From assembly GCA_977017575.1 (NCBI GenBank), contig CDRNVI010000003.1, forward strand, positions 310,001-374,000: a stretch of DNA of 64,000 nt, written 5' to 3'. A model generated the notes under the pieces. The model worked only from the letters and a program-made list of their open reading frames with translations, was not told where the DNA came from and ran no database searches. This stretch comes from Paramoeba atlantica (Eukaryota; Protista; Discosea). The position numbers and the translations under genes were made by a program. This document shows, piece after piece, positions 50,689 through 61,123 of the stretch. Positions within the stretch are counted from its first letter, which is position 1. The number at the start of each line of letters is the position of its first letter.

Positions 50689-51690
50689 CTAGCCTCGTAC
50701 CCCGCGGCGGTACCAGTCTTGTACTGCCGCCTGTACAATCTGGGCATTACCTTTCTGGATGGCCACCCCTATGGCCATCAGAAGGTGGGACATGCATCCG
50801 TTCTTGTCGGATGTGTGGGCCCGGGCCACCTTGGTTAGGAAGTTCAAGGTCTCTGGGCCCGGGATCCCGTACGTGGTGAAGGCCAAGGGGTAAAATTCCA
50901 TCCCTCGGGCGGTCGCCATCTCATCGTGTGAGCGTCGCTTGTTGGCCTCCGCCATCCTCAGAGTATGAGAAGGCTCTGCGGCCTCCTTCTCCACGTAGGA
51001 CGGGGCCAGTGGGTTCACCACGGTGACATCAACTAGGGCAGTCTTCCGTCCCAGCTGGAAGCATATGTCGGGCCCCCGTCCATTGTCGAACCTCGGTTCG
51101 TGTAGGTCCGGTTTGAAACCATATTGCACAAGAAGGTTTCGAAAGGTTTCCTTGACCTCCTTGTGGCGGGAGGCCTGGGTTTTCCCCTTAACCTTCTTGC
51201 AATCCAGTGCGTGTACGCAAAACTCCTCATTGCGGAGGGTTGCACCGCACACGCACTGGAGCTCAGGTTCCGAGGTGGGGGCGACCAAGTACCGGAGACG
51301 GGCCGCAGTCTCTCACTGCGGGTCCTGCATGTAATACTCCGGCCTGTTGGGCCATGCGTTCATCCACTTAGTGGAGTGAATGTTCTGGGTCTGTCGCATG
51401 CAGACCAGTTGGGTGGCCGTCGGGGCTTTCCTCAACGCGGCCTCACAGAGGTTGCGCCGCTGTTCCTTGGCTGACATGCCTTGGGGTCGGCCCTGTAGGG
51501 CGTTCTTCGCCTTGGCCTGCATGTCTTCCGCCTTATGCTCGAAGGAGATGGTCCCCAGGAAATCTGCCGTGAAAAGGTTATTGGAGAACGGCGTTTTCCC
51601 CAAGGAGCCCATCCCCCCGAGCAAGGCCTCAGCACATGCCAGGACGGCTTTGTCGACCTGGGTATTGGCCACTTTAGTGACCGACTATTC
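50689..51690 (-). mobile_element. 3' fragment of a non-LTR retrotransposon with restriction-like endonuclease (CRE/SLACS-like)
   Basis: CVCG...HALDC knuckle, RHKEV, PDI, LVDVTV, EANKRRSH, FYPLAFTTYG; the two listed ORFs are one frame broken by TGA at 51313-15; A/AT-rich tail at about 50600-50670. Confidence 0.85.
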
Positions 51691-52123
51691 TTGGGTAAAA
51701 TATTATGTTTTTTTGGGGTTTTTCGGGCACAAGGAGATCTGTCACTACTTTTCTCGAAAAGTAATAAGGAACATTCTTTGCTACTGTTAGACTGCTGTGT
51801 TCTTCGAGTACGGAGAATTTTTTGGAACTACTTTCTAGACTTTTTTAATCACTTTGTAATTTTTCCCTTTCAAAGGGAGGGTCAGTGAGTACATTCCCGG
51901 GTGAGGCCGTACCCAAGGGACCTGCGAAGGTCTCCCCTCCCTATCCTAGCGTTGCAATGGTACCCTCCTTATTAGCGTTGCTTTTGAGACCCTGACCCTT
52001 GCCGTAACGCAATTTGTTTTACCACCCTCTTAGAGTTGCTTATACCAGACTCGGAAAACGTTAGGATAGGAGGCAGTATGATTCTAATGATTTAGGAAGG
52101 TTTAAACCTTTGTGATTTAATTA

Positions 52124-52185
52124 TACTGTCCCCCCTATTTAGTGTTGAGTGAAATTCGGAAAAATTCAACACTAAATAGGGGGGA
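52124..52185. repeat. Mini hairpin with perfect 20-bp arms, starting with the TACTGTCCCCCC terminus
   Basis: TCCCCCCTATTTAGTGTTGA (52129-48) / TCAACACTAAATAGGGGGGA (52166-85); 52124-35 is identical to 24567-78. Confidence 0.85.
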
Positions 52186-52351
52186 TAAGAAATCTCCTCC
52201 CCTCAAAAAAAAAGCGCGCCGCTTTGCGGCGTATTGTTTTCAAAACCATGATCGTAGTATTTTTTCTCTCGGTTAGGGATACATCTTTATGAGCTCTGTG
52301 GGGCATTTGTAGAAAAGCCCTGTGGGGGGACATATTTTACAAACAGAAAAA

Positions 52352-52881
52352 AAACCTGCCTTGATTCTTCTCTTGGATTGCTGCTCTGTACATACCACGC
52401 GCTCTGTACTTGTCACGCGCAGCGAAGACACTTTTTCATGGTTGCGAATTGTGTACATTCCAGCAAAGTGCACATGAAGACTTCAGCCTTGCGATGTGGG
52501 TCTCTTTAACCGTTTGAAGCCAAAACTATTATAAACTACCGAACCATGGCCTTACTGAAATACTGTCAGACCCAATACACTGAGGGAAAGCGAATCGGTG
52601 ACACTCGGTCGATCGGAGCAAAAGTAAGCAAAGCACAGCTTCTTGACAGTATTATGAAAACGTACGCCCACCTTAATAATAATCGGCAGAGGTATGCCAA
52701 TGTTCAAGCGTGGAGTAAGGTCGGAATTTCGCCGGAAAGTCTAAGTAAGCCAGAAAACATACTTGAAGCGATTCGCCGCGCGAGCGAACTGTTTACAGTG
52801 ATACCGGTTCTTGATGCAGCAGAAGAAAATCAAGAGGACGTAATTTCCCCTGAAAGTGCTGATCACCCCTTTGTTTTGTAA
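52352..52881 (+). pseudogene. Pogo-family (DDE_1) transposase remnant
   Basis: My translation: LLLDCCSVH...LRIVYIPAKCT*RLQPCDVGLFNRLK; after a frameshift, ...VQAWSKVGISP. Confidence 0.85.
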
Positions 52882-53007
52882 AAGCCTTCGTAAATTTATT
52901 TACCACCAGTAGTTAATTTTTTAGATAAATTTGATGTTAGGAAGAGCGATTCTCTCGACGCACTTGTTTAAACTGAGAGCCACGTTTTACGACCTTGTCT
53001 GACAAGG

Positions 53008-54759
53008 TCACTTGAAATGCAAGTGATCGATATAAAAAGTGCGAAAAGTGAGCCAGTGGAAATCCATCATGCAATGTATTTCCGAGTAAAAAACCAACAA
53101 GTCCTTGCATACAGGACCCCTAAGGGATAGAGATTTAGCGCTTTCAGCGAGTTCAAGTTCTGTGAGCGGCGAACAGTCGTTTGACGACTCAAAGGCTGAC
53201 ACCTTCATCAAAAACTGGAGGATTCGCTTTTCGTAGAGCCTGTATTCGGCGCACTGGAGCGCCTTTTCAATAACACCTGTTTCGTCGTGTTTATGGCTCA
53301 GATCTGTCCTTTTGCGCTTCATACCAACTGAAGTACCTTCAGGAAGTGCATCAACTTCGCCATGTATTACCATTCTCTCACACAAACCTTCAAGATAAAT
53401 GTAGTCGCACGACTGCAAGTGTACTCCGGGTGGAAGGAGACTTGACGCAAAGCCGGTGACGCATGTCTTCACGGCACCCAATCGAGGAGCTCCCCATGGA
53501 ACATCACTTTCATCACTCACCTCGTCTGTACCATTTCTAGAGACGTTTCCAAGCAGTCTACATAGTTCTTCATCGAAAGCAGCTGAACATTTCCCGTGTG
53601 GCTTTATTTGAGCTCCGTACTTAGAAATTGTAAGAAAGACACACTCCAAGAGCATAGTCCGAATGGTGAGTAATTGAAGGACGTATGCAAACGAAAAAAT
53701 GTTAGCCCTGTCAAACTCAAAAATCTCCCATGGAATATCTTCTAATTTCGGGGGCGAAGTGATGTGATGTAGTAATTCTGATTGAAAAGCTTGCCTAATA
53801 ATTCCATTGCATTTCTCATTGTCCTGAGGGTTTTGCTCAAAACTCGACAGCTTCGAATCCGTATGTTCTTCCGGTAATATCTTTGTTCTCGTATGCACGT
53901 TCTTTATCCAGTCTAAAACAGAGCGCGAAGGAGATAGTAATCTCGATTTATAGAATTCCGACACTTTCTCTATGGCCCGCGTCCTATCCACGTGGGTAAC
54001 CAAAAGTGAACGAAATTTATTAATAGACTCGCGAAGGTGTTGCAAACGTTTGCATATAAAGTCGAGCAAAAGTAAAGTTATAGAGTACAAATTCTCAAGG
54101 GACGGACAATCTTTCGTATCAGATCGCGCCGTAGAAATTGTAGGAATGCTTGTTAGGATTTCTTTAAAATTCAAATGCATTTCATCCAATTTTCGCAGTG
54201 CTTCGTCAATTATTTTGTAAACTCGTTCGAACTCAACTTCATCGGCAGGAGCTTGTAACTTTCTCATGTGGCACGCAAAAATATGGAGGAGCTCTCTCAT
54301 GGAGGTCACGGGGTGTGATTGCCAAGCCAAACTTTCAACACTGAGCGTATCCTCCAACTTACTCCGCACTTCGTTACGAATCCGCAGGGGGTAGAATGAG
54401 GACAGTGAGTCAACCACGTACTCCAAGAATCTACTTAGCATTTCCGTATCTCTATGCAAGAAAATTGACATAATATTGGTAACGGCTGCAAAGTCGTTCT
54501 GCCGAGCGTACTTTTCTCTACTGACAGATCGACACCAAGAGCATGACACACACATATCGTAGGAATGCTGCGCGTGAACTTTTATCATATACAACTCATC
54601 GACGTCGTACAGAGGTTTTTTAATAGACGGAGAAACATTTTCAACGGTATACTTTGAGGAACCATCACTCAAATCTTTACCTGTGACGGTTTTCGCGGAA
54701 CTTGTGCTCTGAGAATTCTCCCCAATTTCTTTCAAAGTCTCATCGTTTCTGGTATCCAT
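53008..54759 (-). CDS. TCP11 (T-complex protein 11) family protein
   Basis: Motif order recalled for TCP11: LRIRNEV..L, M.KLQAPADE, PWEIFEFD, and C-terminal H..W.TF..FY..HL. Confidence 0.55.
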   Translation of the reverse strand: MDTRNDETLKEIGENSQSTSSAKTVTGKDLSDGSSKYTVENVSPSIKKPLYDVDELYMIKVHAQHSYDMCVSCSWCRSVSREKYARQNDFAAVTNIMSIFLHRDTEMLSRFLEYVVDSLSSFYPLRIRNEVRSKLEDTLSVESLAWQSHPVTSMRELLHIFACHMRKLQAPADEVEFERVYKIIDEALRKLDEMHLNFKEILTSIPTISTARSDTKDCPSLENLYSITLLLLDFICKRLQHLRESINKFRSLLVTHVDRTRAIEKVSEFYKSRLLSPSRSVLDWIKNVHTRTKILPEEHTDSKLSSFEQNPQDNEKCNGIIRQAFQSELLHHITSPPKLEDIPWEIFEFDRANIFSFAYVLQLLTIRTMLLECVFLTISKYGAQIKPHGKCSAAFDEELCRLLGNVSRNGTDEVSDESDVPWGAPRLGAVKTCVTGFASSLLPPGVHLQSCDYIYLEGLCERMVIHGEVDALPEGTSVGMKRKRTDLSHKHDETGVIEKALQCAEYRLYEKRILQFLMKVSAFESSNDCSPLTELELAESAKSLSLRGPVCKDLLVFYSEIHCMMDFHWLTFRTFYIDHLHFK

Positions 54760-55144
54760 TCTTGATTGATACCCTTAATGAATAAGGGAAGTCGATCTGT
54801 ACCACAAAATCCACTATTAAAATTTATGAAAAATAGTTTTTTCCTTGAACGCTCTTTCTTTAAGAGTTTTTCTTTGTGAAAGATTCAGCACACATTGTCC
54901 TATGCTGTGAAAATTATTTAGAGATTACTTCAAGAAGATCACCTTAGTATAGTGTAGTAAAAGTACATACCTTTCCTTGAAGTATCTGACTCATAAATCA
55001 ATGATGGGAACCAATTTTAGAGTTCTCTTTACCAGACTGAATATGCACAGGATGTCATAAGTCAACGGGGTACAAAAAAATCTACAAGTTGTGGGGTCGC
55101 AATAATTAGTGGCAAAACATATTTGTTCATACATCTCAAAAAAA

Positions 55145-55474
55145 CTACGCTACCTCATGGGCCATCGAGTCATCAGCCCGTTTGCTAAGCTCGTCACCTA
55201 ATCTGGCTTTTGCGCTACGGTTTTTTAGATACATCTCCTCAAAATGGGGTTCCTTCAATATTTCATTAATATCATCTTTCCACAGAGAGAACAAGTAGTA
55301 GGGCCACGAGGTGAGTTCCATGGCATACATGTACCCTCCAATGACTAAAGTGGTAAATCCCCAACGATGAATGTATTGATATCGGTCGTAGCGCCATACC
55401 ATTCTCAGACTTTTCCATCTTTTCGTTATGGACAAGGGTAAACGAGAAGGAGGTTGAACTAGTGGAGGGGGCAT
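55145..55474 (-). CDS. Small single-TM hypothetical protein, possibly mitochondrial
   Basis: MPPPLVQPP...IHRWGFTTLVIGGYMYAMEL; basic N-terminus. Confidence 0.6.
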   Translation of the reverse strand: MPPPLVQPPSRLPLSITKRWKSLRMVWRYDRYQYIHRWGFTTLVIGGYMYAMELTSWPYYLFSLWKDDINEILKEPHFEEMYLKNRSAKARLGDELSKRADDSMAHEVA

Positions 55475-56125
55475 GTACAACAGATTTTTTTTCTCGAAGA
55501 AAAAAGATGTTTTATTCGAAAAGGAATCCTTAGAAATACCATTCTTTCTGAAAATCGCTTGTCAAGTGTACAAGAATATAGTAAAATATTAGCTTTAATT
55601 AATGTTACGATTGTAACTTACAGTTTTGTAAGTACATTCGTAGGATTCCTAAGTACAGTGCCCCCAGTGTATCCAAACCATTCTTCAGGTGAAAACAGCT
55701 TCTTGGGATTTTCATGATTCACCGTCAATACTTCAGTAATTTGTGTTCTTGTGGTATCCGAAATCACCCAGAATGGAAGTGATTTTTTATTGAATTCCAC
55801 TGAAAAAGCGACATTATCTTTTGAAACCAAAACCTTTAAGACAGAAGCAATGATTTTTTTCTGGAGAAGCTATTGTTTGAAAAGTAGTAGAGGTATCTAA
55901 TTATCAAGAAGTCGTCGCAGCTCAAGAGCCCCCTTAAGTAAAGTTGAATGTACTCATCAAAGTTGAGACTCATCAAATTCGGGGGAAAGTGACGGAAGCG
56001 CACTTCACCAGAGAATCAATTTTCGATAAGATAAGAGCGCAATACTGGTAAGTGAGCCATCAGAATAGGGAAAAAGGCTTCCATAACCACAATTTCCCAT
56101 GACAGCGAAAAAGGATTATCATATT

Positions 56126-57559
56126 TTACAGCTCCATATTTCCTTTCTCTCCGCTGTTCCTCTGGCCTTCATGCTCCTCCATGGCCACTGTGACACGAAG
56201 GGTTTGTTCTCCACCAGGGACATATCGAATTATGCAGTATGGTTTGGATTCATATACCTTACCATCCTCCGTGCTATTCTGTGGACTAGGAATCACATCC
56301 AGGCTCACACGAAGGGCAGTCGAGGAGGGTTTTGACAGACGCTTCACGTATCGCCAAGTCGTCGTCCAAAACGACCCGGTGGAATCCTCCACTCCTAAAC
56401 CAGGCCCTCCCGCCGCCTCCCGCTGCCTCTGTTCCCCCAGTAGCTGCGACACCGCGCGTATAAACGGGCCATGGACATTAACATCCATAACTTTATCCAC
56501 CTCCCTGCCATTCCTGCGCGGTAACCCACGCATCAGCTGTTGATACAAAAACGACACCACCACCTCCTCATCGTAGTCCACCCTCGACACATGAATCGGA
56601 ACCCGCTGGGACGACCCGAGCACTGCCGTCCCCAACGCCTCCCCCCACCCCTCCCTTCTACGGTACGCACACCCTAAGGTCCGTAGCCGGTGCCGCAACG
56701 CATCCTGGAAACTCCTCGGGCCCAACGACAGAAACGGGACAATATTCGCCTGTCGAATATGCGGCAGTCCATCATAGGTCGCATTCACCACATCCCACAC
56801 CAGCCCCCTCACCTCCTCGGGGCCCATCCCCACGGTACGGCCATCACTGCCAAAGTCACTGGTGAGCAGCATACACACCCCCGCCAGCGAGACCCCATCG
56901 ATAGCGGTCCCATGGCTCACGGCCGCGAACAGCGGACTGAGTCGCATCACGAGCCCGGGGTGCATCTGGGTGATCTCATCCAGCAGGACGACGGAGGCGT
57001 GGGGGAAGGCACGGACGTGGTCGAGTACCCGCGCGGTGATGTCGTGGGCCGCGGCGGTGAGACGCCCCTCACAGGCCCCGTCCAGCAGGCAGTACTGCCC
57101 CCCGGGGAGCAGCAGGAGGTTCTCCCCGGCACGGGGGAGGTGGGGGTGGGGGTGGAGCGAGAGCGCGGAGGAGAGGAGGGAGGCGGTGAGGGTTTTCCCG
57201 ACCCCGTTGTCCCCGACGAGGTGGACGAGAAACCCGGTACGGGGGTCGGCGAGTTTGCGGCTGATGTGACCCAGGAGGGCACGGAGGGCGTGGGTTTGTC
57301 CCTCGATGGCGGCGAAAAGGGTGTGGAGACAGGCGTGGACGTGGCCGAGATCGGTGTTGGAGGTGGATCCACGGAGGGGGGTACCGGGAATGCGCCAGCA
57401 GCGGGGTTCGAGGAGTTGTGCCGCGCGGGTTTCGCAGGGGAGGGTACACCCACAGTGCTCGTACAGTGTATCGGGTGTGGGGTTTTCACAGCGAAGCGGA
57501 GAAATATGGTACCCGAAGGGTGGGCCACCTCCAACGATAGCGAAAACGAAAACAAGCAT
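56126..57559 (-). CDS. Torsin-like AAA+ ATPase with signal peptide
   Basis: MLVFVFAIVGG; GQTHA; LHLVGDNGVGKT; LLDEITQMHPGL; LLTSDFG; VPFLSL. Confidence 0.7.
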   Translation of the reverse strand: MLVFVFAIVGGGPPFGYHISPLRCENPTPDTLYEHCGCTLPCETRAAQLLEPRCWRIPGTPLRGSTSNTDLGHVHACLHTLFAAIEGQTHALRALLGHISRKLADPRTGFLVHLVGDNGVGKTLTASLLSSALSLHPHPHLPRAGENLLLLPGGQYCLLDGACEGRLTAAAHDITARVLDHVRAFPHASVVLLDEITQMHPGLVMRLSPLFAAVSHGTAIDGVSLAGVCMLLTSDFGSDGRTVGMGPEEVRGLVWDVVNATYDGLPHIRQANIVPFLSLGPRSFQDALRHRLRTLGCAYRRREGWGEALGTAVLGSSQRVPIHVSRVDYDEEVVVSFLYQQLMRGLPRRNGREVDKVMDVNVHGPFIRAVSQLLGEQRQREAAGGPGLGVEDSTGSFWTTTWRYVKRLSKPSSTALRVSLDVIPSPQNSTEDGKVYESKPYCIIRYVPGGEQTLRVTVAMEEHEGQRNSGEKGNMEL

Positions 57560-57938
57560 GTATAAGTTTGCGCATTTCAAAGGGACATGTTGCATTGATA
57601 ATGTGGAGAAGTGTTTGTGAAAACGAGTTTGTAGTCATAAAGCTAGTCAGAAATGGGAAAACTATGAAGCGAAACGCATTTTATGTATGGGAAAGAATTA
57701 AGTCCTTCGATAAAGGGCGGTATTTTCATTCTTCTATAGGTTTAGTTTATTATTCTATTATTTTGTTTTAGTGTTAGTTAACATGCCGGGGGGGCATGTT
57801 ATCGTGATATAGGCATGTTTTAACCCGTGCCCTCGTTGATTAATTATTTTCGGCCAATTTCCGGTAAAAAATAATTATTTTGTTAATTTGTGCTTTGTTA
57901 ATAAGAACATTGTTATTTAAATTACGTTCGAAAGTGCG

Positions 57939-58682
57939 TCACCGGTAAACAGCACCCCGGGTTAATTGAACCGATTTAGGAACTGATCCGTCAACAATAA
58001 GTCCTGCTTCGTCAACACGTAATACGCTCATGCTCGTGGGAAGGTGTGCAAAAGTCACCGTGCCACTAAACCTGTTCTCCGAAAGACATAGGCGGGTTAA
58101 TCCATCTGGCAAGCGCGTGAAGTCCAATGAACCCGATAACTGGTTCCCAGAAACATTTAGGCTGCACAGTGCAGGAGGAAGTTGTGTTAGATCAAACTCC
58201 CCCGAAAAGCGAGTTCTTGGAGATGAAAATTCTTGTAGCCCTCGTGGTAGAAGGGAAGTTTCAATTCTACCCTCTAGGTAATTTTTCGCCAGTAGACATC
58301 CCTTGAGGGCAATCCCGAGATGAAGGTATGTAATAGTGGAAGGAAGGTATGCCCAGTCCAATGTCCCATATAAATCGCGACCACCCCAACGAACCGCTGT
58401 AATTGTCGCGGGATTCGCACAATGGACTCCAGCCCACTCCGTCACGGATTTCTCTGTCGTCCAAGTCTTATGACGTCCGGTGATATTTGCGATAAAGCGA
58501 GAGAGCTCGTACTCTGGGGGAAGAACGTTCCCTCTGACTTTGCCTGCACGAGACTCTGTGGTGTCGGCGCAGAAAGGTGAAAAACAAAAGCGAGGTACTC
58601 CGTTCATAGTCTTATGAGGAAATGTTAAATAGTTCTTTGGTGAAAAGGAATTTTCTCTTGAAACATACAGGGGTGCGCACAA
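57939..58682 (-). CDS. Short LRR protein (family member 3)
   Basis: EWAGVHC N-cap, LP..L..L..S.N.LSG repeats; probable start MNGVPRF at 58607. Confidence 0.85.
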   Translation of the reverse strand: MCAPLYVSRENSFSPKNYLTFPHKTMNGVPRFCFSPFCADTTESRAGKVRGNVLPPEYELSRFIANITGRHKTWTTEKSVTEWAGVHCANPATITAVRWGGRDLYGTLDWAYLPSTITYLHLGIALKGCLLAKNYLEGRIETSLLPRGLQEFSSPRTRFSGEFDLTQLPPALCSLNVSGNQLSGSLDFTRLPDGLTRLCLSENRFSGTVTFAHLPTSMSVLRVDEAGLIVDGSVPKSVQLTRGAVYR

Positions 58683-59209
58683 AAATGTGGGGGGTCAAAT
58701 ATTATTAAAAACATGGCAAATCTTGTAAAAGAATGAACCATTCAAAACCTTTCATTAATAATGATACTTGCGGTAGTTGTAAACTTATAACCACGGCTCG
58801 GATGCCTGGAGCGCAGGTGGACTTTACGGCAAAATTGCAAAAATCTCTTGTCGGAGGTGATGAACGAACCCAAGCGGCGCGAAATGCGATAGAAGACATG
58901 AGCAAAAATGATGAGCACAACGGACAAACAGCAAAGCACGTCGCGGAAAAGTTATGTGACGTCAACAGCGCTCCCAGTTGCGCACAGTGAAACTAAAAAG
59001 AAACCTTCGAGAAGAGAAACATCTCGTGCCGGCCATACAGGTGCTCATATAATGAGGAAATGCGTAGCTGGTGCAGACCGAGCGGTGTGCGTTAGTCTCC
59101 GCCACGGCAAGGCCATTTGGTTTACCACCTTTTTCCAAACAGTCAAATTGGAACCCAATTGGATTCAAAAAGTGTGACCTATGCGGTAATAGCAGTGCGC
59201 AATTTTCAT

Positions 59210-60082
59210 TTAACTTGAATCCCTGTATAATGTACATTGAAATTCGTCAACGACCTTGGTGGCTTTATCGATTTCACCATAGAGCTCGGTATTCTCCTCT
59301 AGGCGCAAGGCGCGGAATTGTGCAGGAATATTTTCAAGCACTACTAAACCGGAGAAACAATTTTTATTGCAATGCAGTTCTATAAATGATGCGGGAAAAT
59401 CCTGCAAAGAAATTGATCCAGTGAATTTGTTATTCGACAAAGAAACATATCTTATCTTCTACGGTAATTCGGACAGATTAACACCACCAGAAAGCTGGTT
59501 ACTGCAGAGACATAAATATAATAAGCTTAATGGCAAATGTGACAAGTCGACACTACCTTCGAAACGATTATAACCTAGATTGAGCGTCTCTAATGTATGC
59601 GGCAAATGGTTTAAGAGCAACTCACCCGAAAAAGAGTTGCATGTTAACCAAAGGTACGTGAGCTGCGGCGGCAATAAATCAAGTTGTATAGTCCCGGTAA
59701 ATATATTACTATCGAGATTACAAGTGAGTAAGGATCGCGGCAAACTGTCCCACTGTAGAAATCCCACGAGGTTCATGTGTCTCCAACTAATTTCGACAAC
59801 TTCCCCATCCTGACATTTCACACCTTCCCAATCGCACGCAGATGTGGACTTGTTTCTCCCAGACCAACTCTTCTTTGTACTGCGCCACGTCTGGTGCTTT
59901 ACGGTTATGTTTTCGATGAAACGTTCTAGCATATCAACCTGAGGCAGTAGCATTGCATTCGCTTTTCCGCGACGCGTCTCATACATGTATTTATCCATAC
60001 CACCAGTCTTGTAAAAGACAAGAAAAGATCCGTTGGAAATTACACGCACCCAAGTTGAAAAATTAAAATAGATGCATTTCAA
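59210..60082 (-). pseudogene. Short LRR protein (family member 4) interrupted by one in-frame TAG
   Basis: ...LSELP*KIRYVSLSNNKFTG...: TAG at 59459-61; the downstream ORF 59210-59440 is the same frame and continues the LRR register. Confidence 0.8.
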
Positions 60083-60193
60083 TGCTTGTACTTGGACTCG
60101 AAAATTAAAAATACAGTATAGTTAGCAAGCCTCCTATCAGAAAAATAGCAACGATCAATCACTTTGACTTAGTCCGCCCAAATATGATAGCAT

Positions 60194-60961
60194 TCAAACG
60201 TCTTTCCGATTCTGTGAAAAATTCGATGAAGGAAAATTTCTAGTTCTTCGCCGCCCCTTCATCCATAAATAAAGTCCTCCAAGAAGCAACCCAAGTGGCA
60301 AAAGAAATGCAGTCAATGACATAAACCAGACAGCCGCCCCGGTAAATATATCTGAAAAGGAAGAACTGTACGCCCAAATCGTCGTAGGCGTCACCCACGC
60401 CAGGAAGTACGCCCCCGCAAAAGGATAAAGCACTAAATAGGACATAAGCCACTCCAACAGAAACCCCATAATAGCCTCTGTAAAGGATTCTGCGCGACGG
60501 GAGAACACACTACTCCACCATGCGCTGTTGTAGCTCGCGTCATGCACTACCTCAAATGTCTTTTTCAGCGACGCCTTGTGCTCGTGATAGAATTCCGGAC
60601 TCCATACCCCGTAGAGAGGTTTCAGACGGGATCGCAGGTCCAGTGCCTTACGCTCGACTCGTGCAAGGCTGTACTCTGCCACACGAAGCTCCTCACGTGC
60701 CGCCGCGCGTCTGTCTTTTTCAGATGCTGAGGGAAACCACCCTATGGAGGATTCAATGGCGGAGAGTCGTGTGCGGGATCTCTGTACCGCATCGACGCTG
60801 GGAAACACCTCTTTGTCTTGGAGTCTCTCCAGGGCGTTCTCGAGTTCCATAATTTTGTAGTCGCGTGTGGATAGCGCGGTAGATCGGCAATGCACAGTGT
60901 TTGAAACGGAGGTAAGCGAGAGGAGTGCGAGGTACATCGGGGTCAAAGTGGAAAGTAACAT
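60194..60961 (-). CDS. Hypothetical membrane protein (signal peptide, coiled coil, C-terminal TM helices)
   Basis: 255-aa ORF on the coding strand with hydrophobic ends. Confidence 0.7.
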   Translation of the reverse strand: MLLSTLTPMYLALLSLTSVSNTVHCRSTALSTRDYKIMELENALERLQDKEVFPSVDAVQRSRTRLSAIESSIGWFPSASEKDRRAAAREELRVAEYSLARVERKALDLRSRLKPLYGVWSPEFYHEHKASLKKTFEVVHDASYNSAWWSSVFSRRAESFTEAIMGFLLEWLMSYLVLYPFAGAYFLAWVTPTTIWAYSSSFSDIFTGAAVWFMSLTAFLLPLGLLLGGLYLWMKGRRRTRNFPSSNFSQNRKDV

Positions 60962-61123
60962 GGGTACGTAAGTAAAAGAAAAATAGTCGAGCTTCGAATC
61001 CTAGTATCCGAAAAAAGACATTCACATGTTTTCATACTTATTTTTTCGCTTTCTTCGCAGCAAAAATTTATCTTTAAAAGAATTTAGAATTAGCTTATTT
61101 ATTCCGCACTACACGCAGGCTAT

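Noticed and set aside
55618-55900. 70-aa ORF that could extend across an A-run frameshift near 55855
   Set aside because: No ATG or homology evidence; cannot be supported
57779-57801. 9-bp stem around a G5 loop in an AT-rich spacer
   Set aside because: Too short and isolated to distinguish from chance
58705-59240. Short ORFs on both strands between two LRR genes
   Set aside because: No motifs; likely intergenic
51313-59461. Stop-codon reassignment suggested by in-frame TGA/TAG in the CRE, pogo and LRR sequences
   Set aside because: Long conserved genes have no internal stops and end normally in TAA, TAG or TGA; the interrupted sequences are mostly decaying elements
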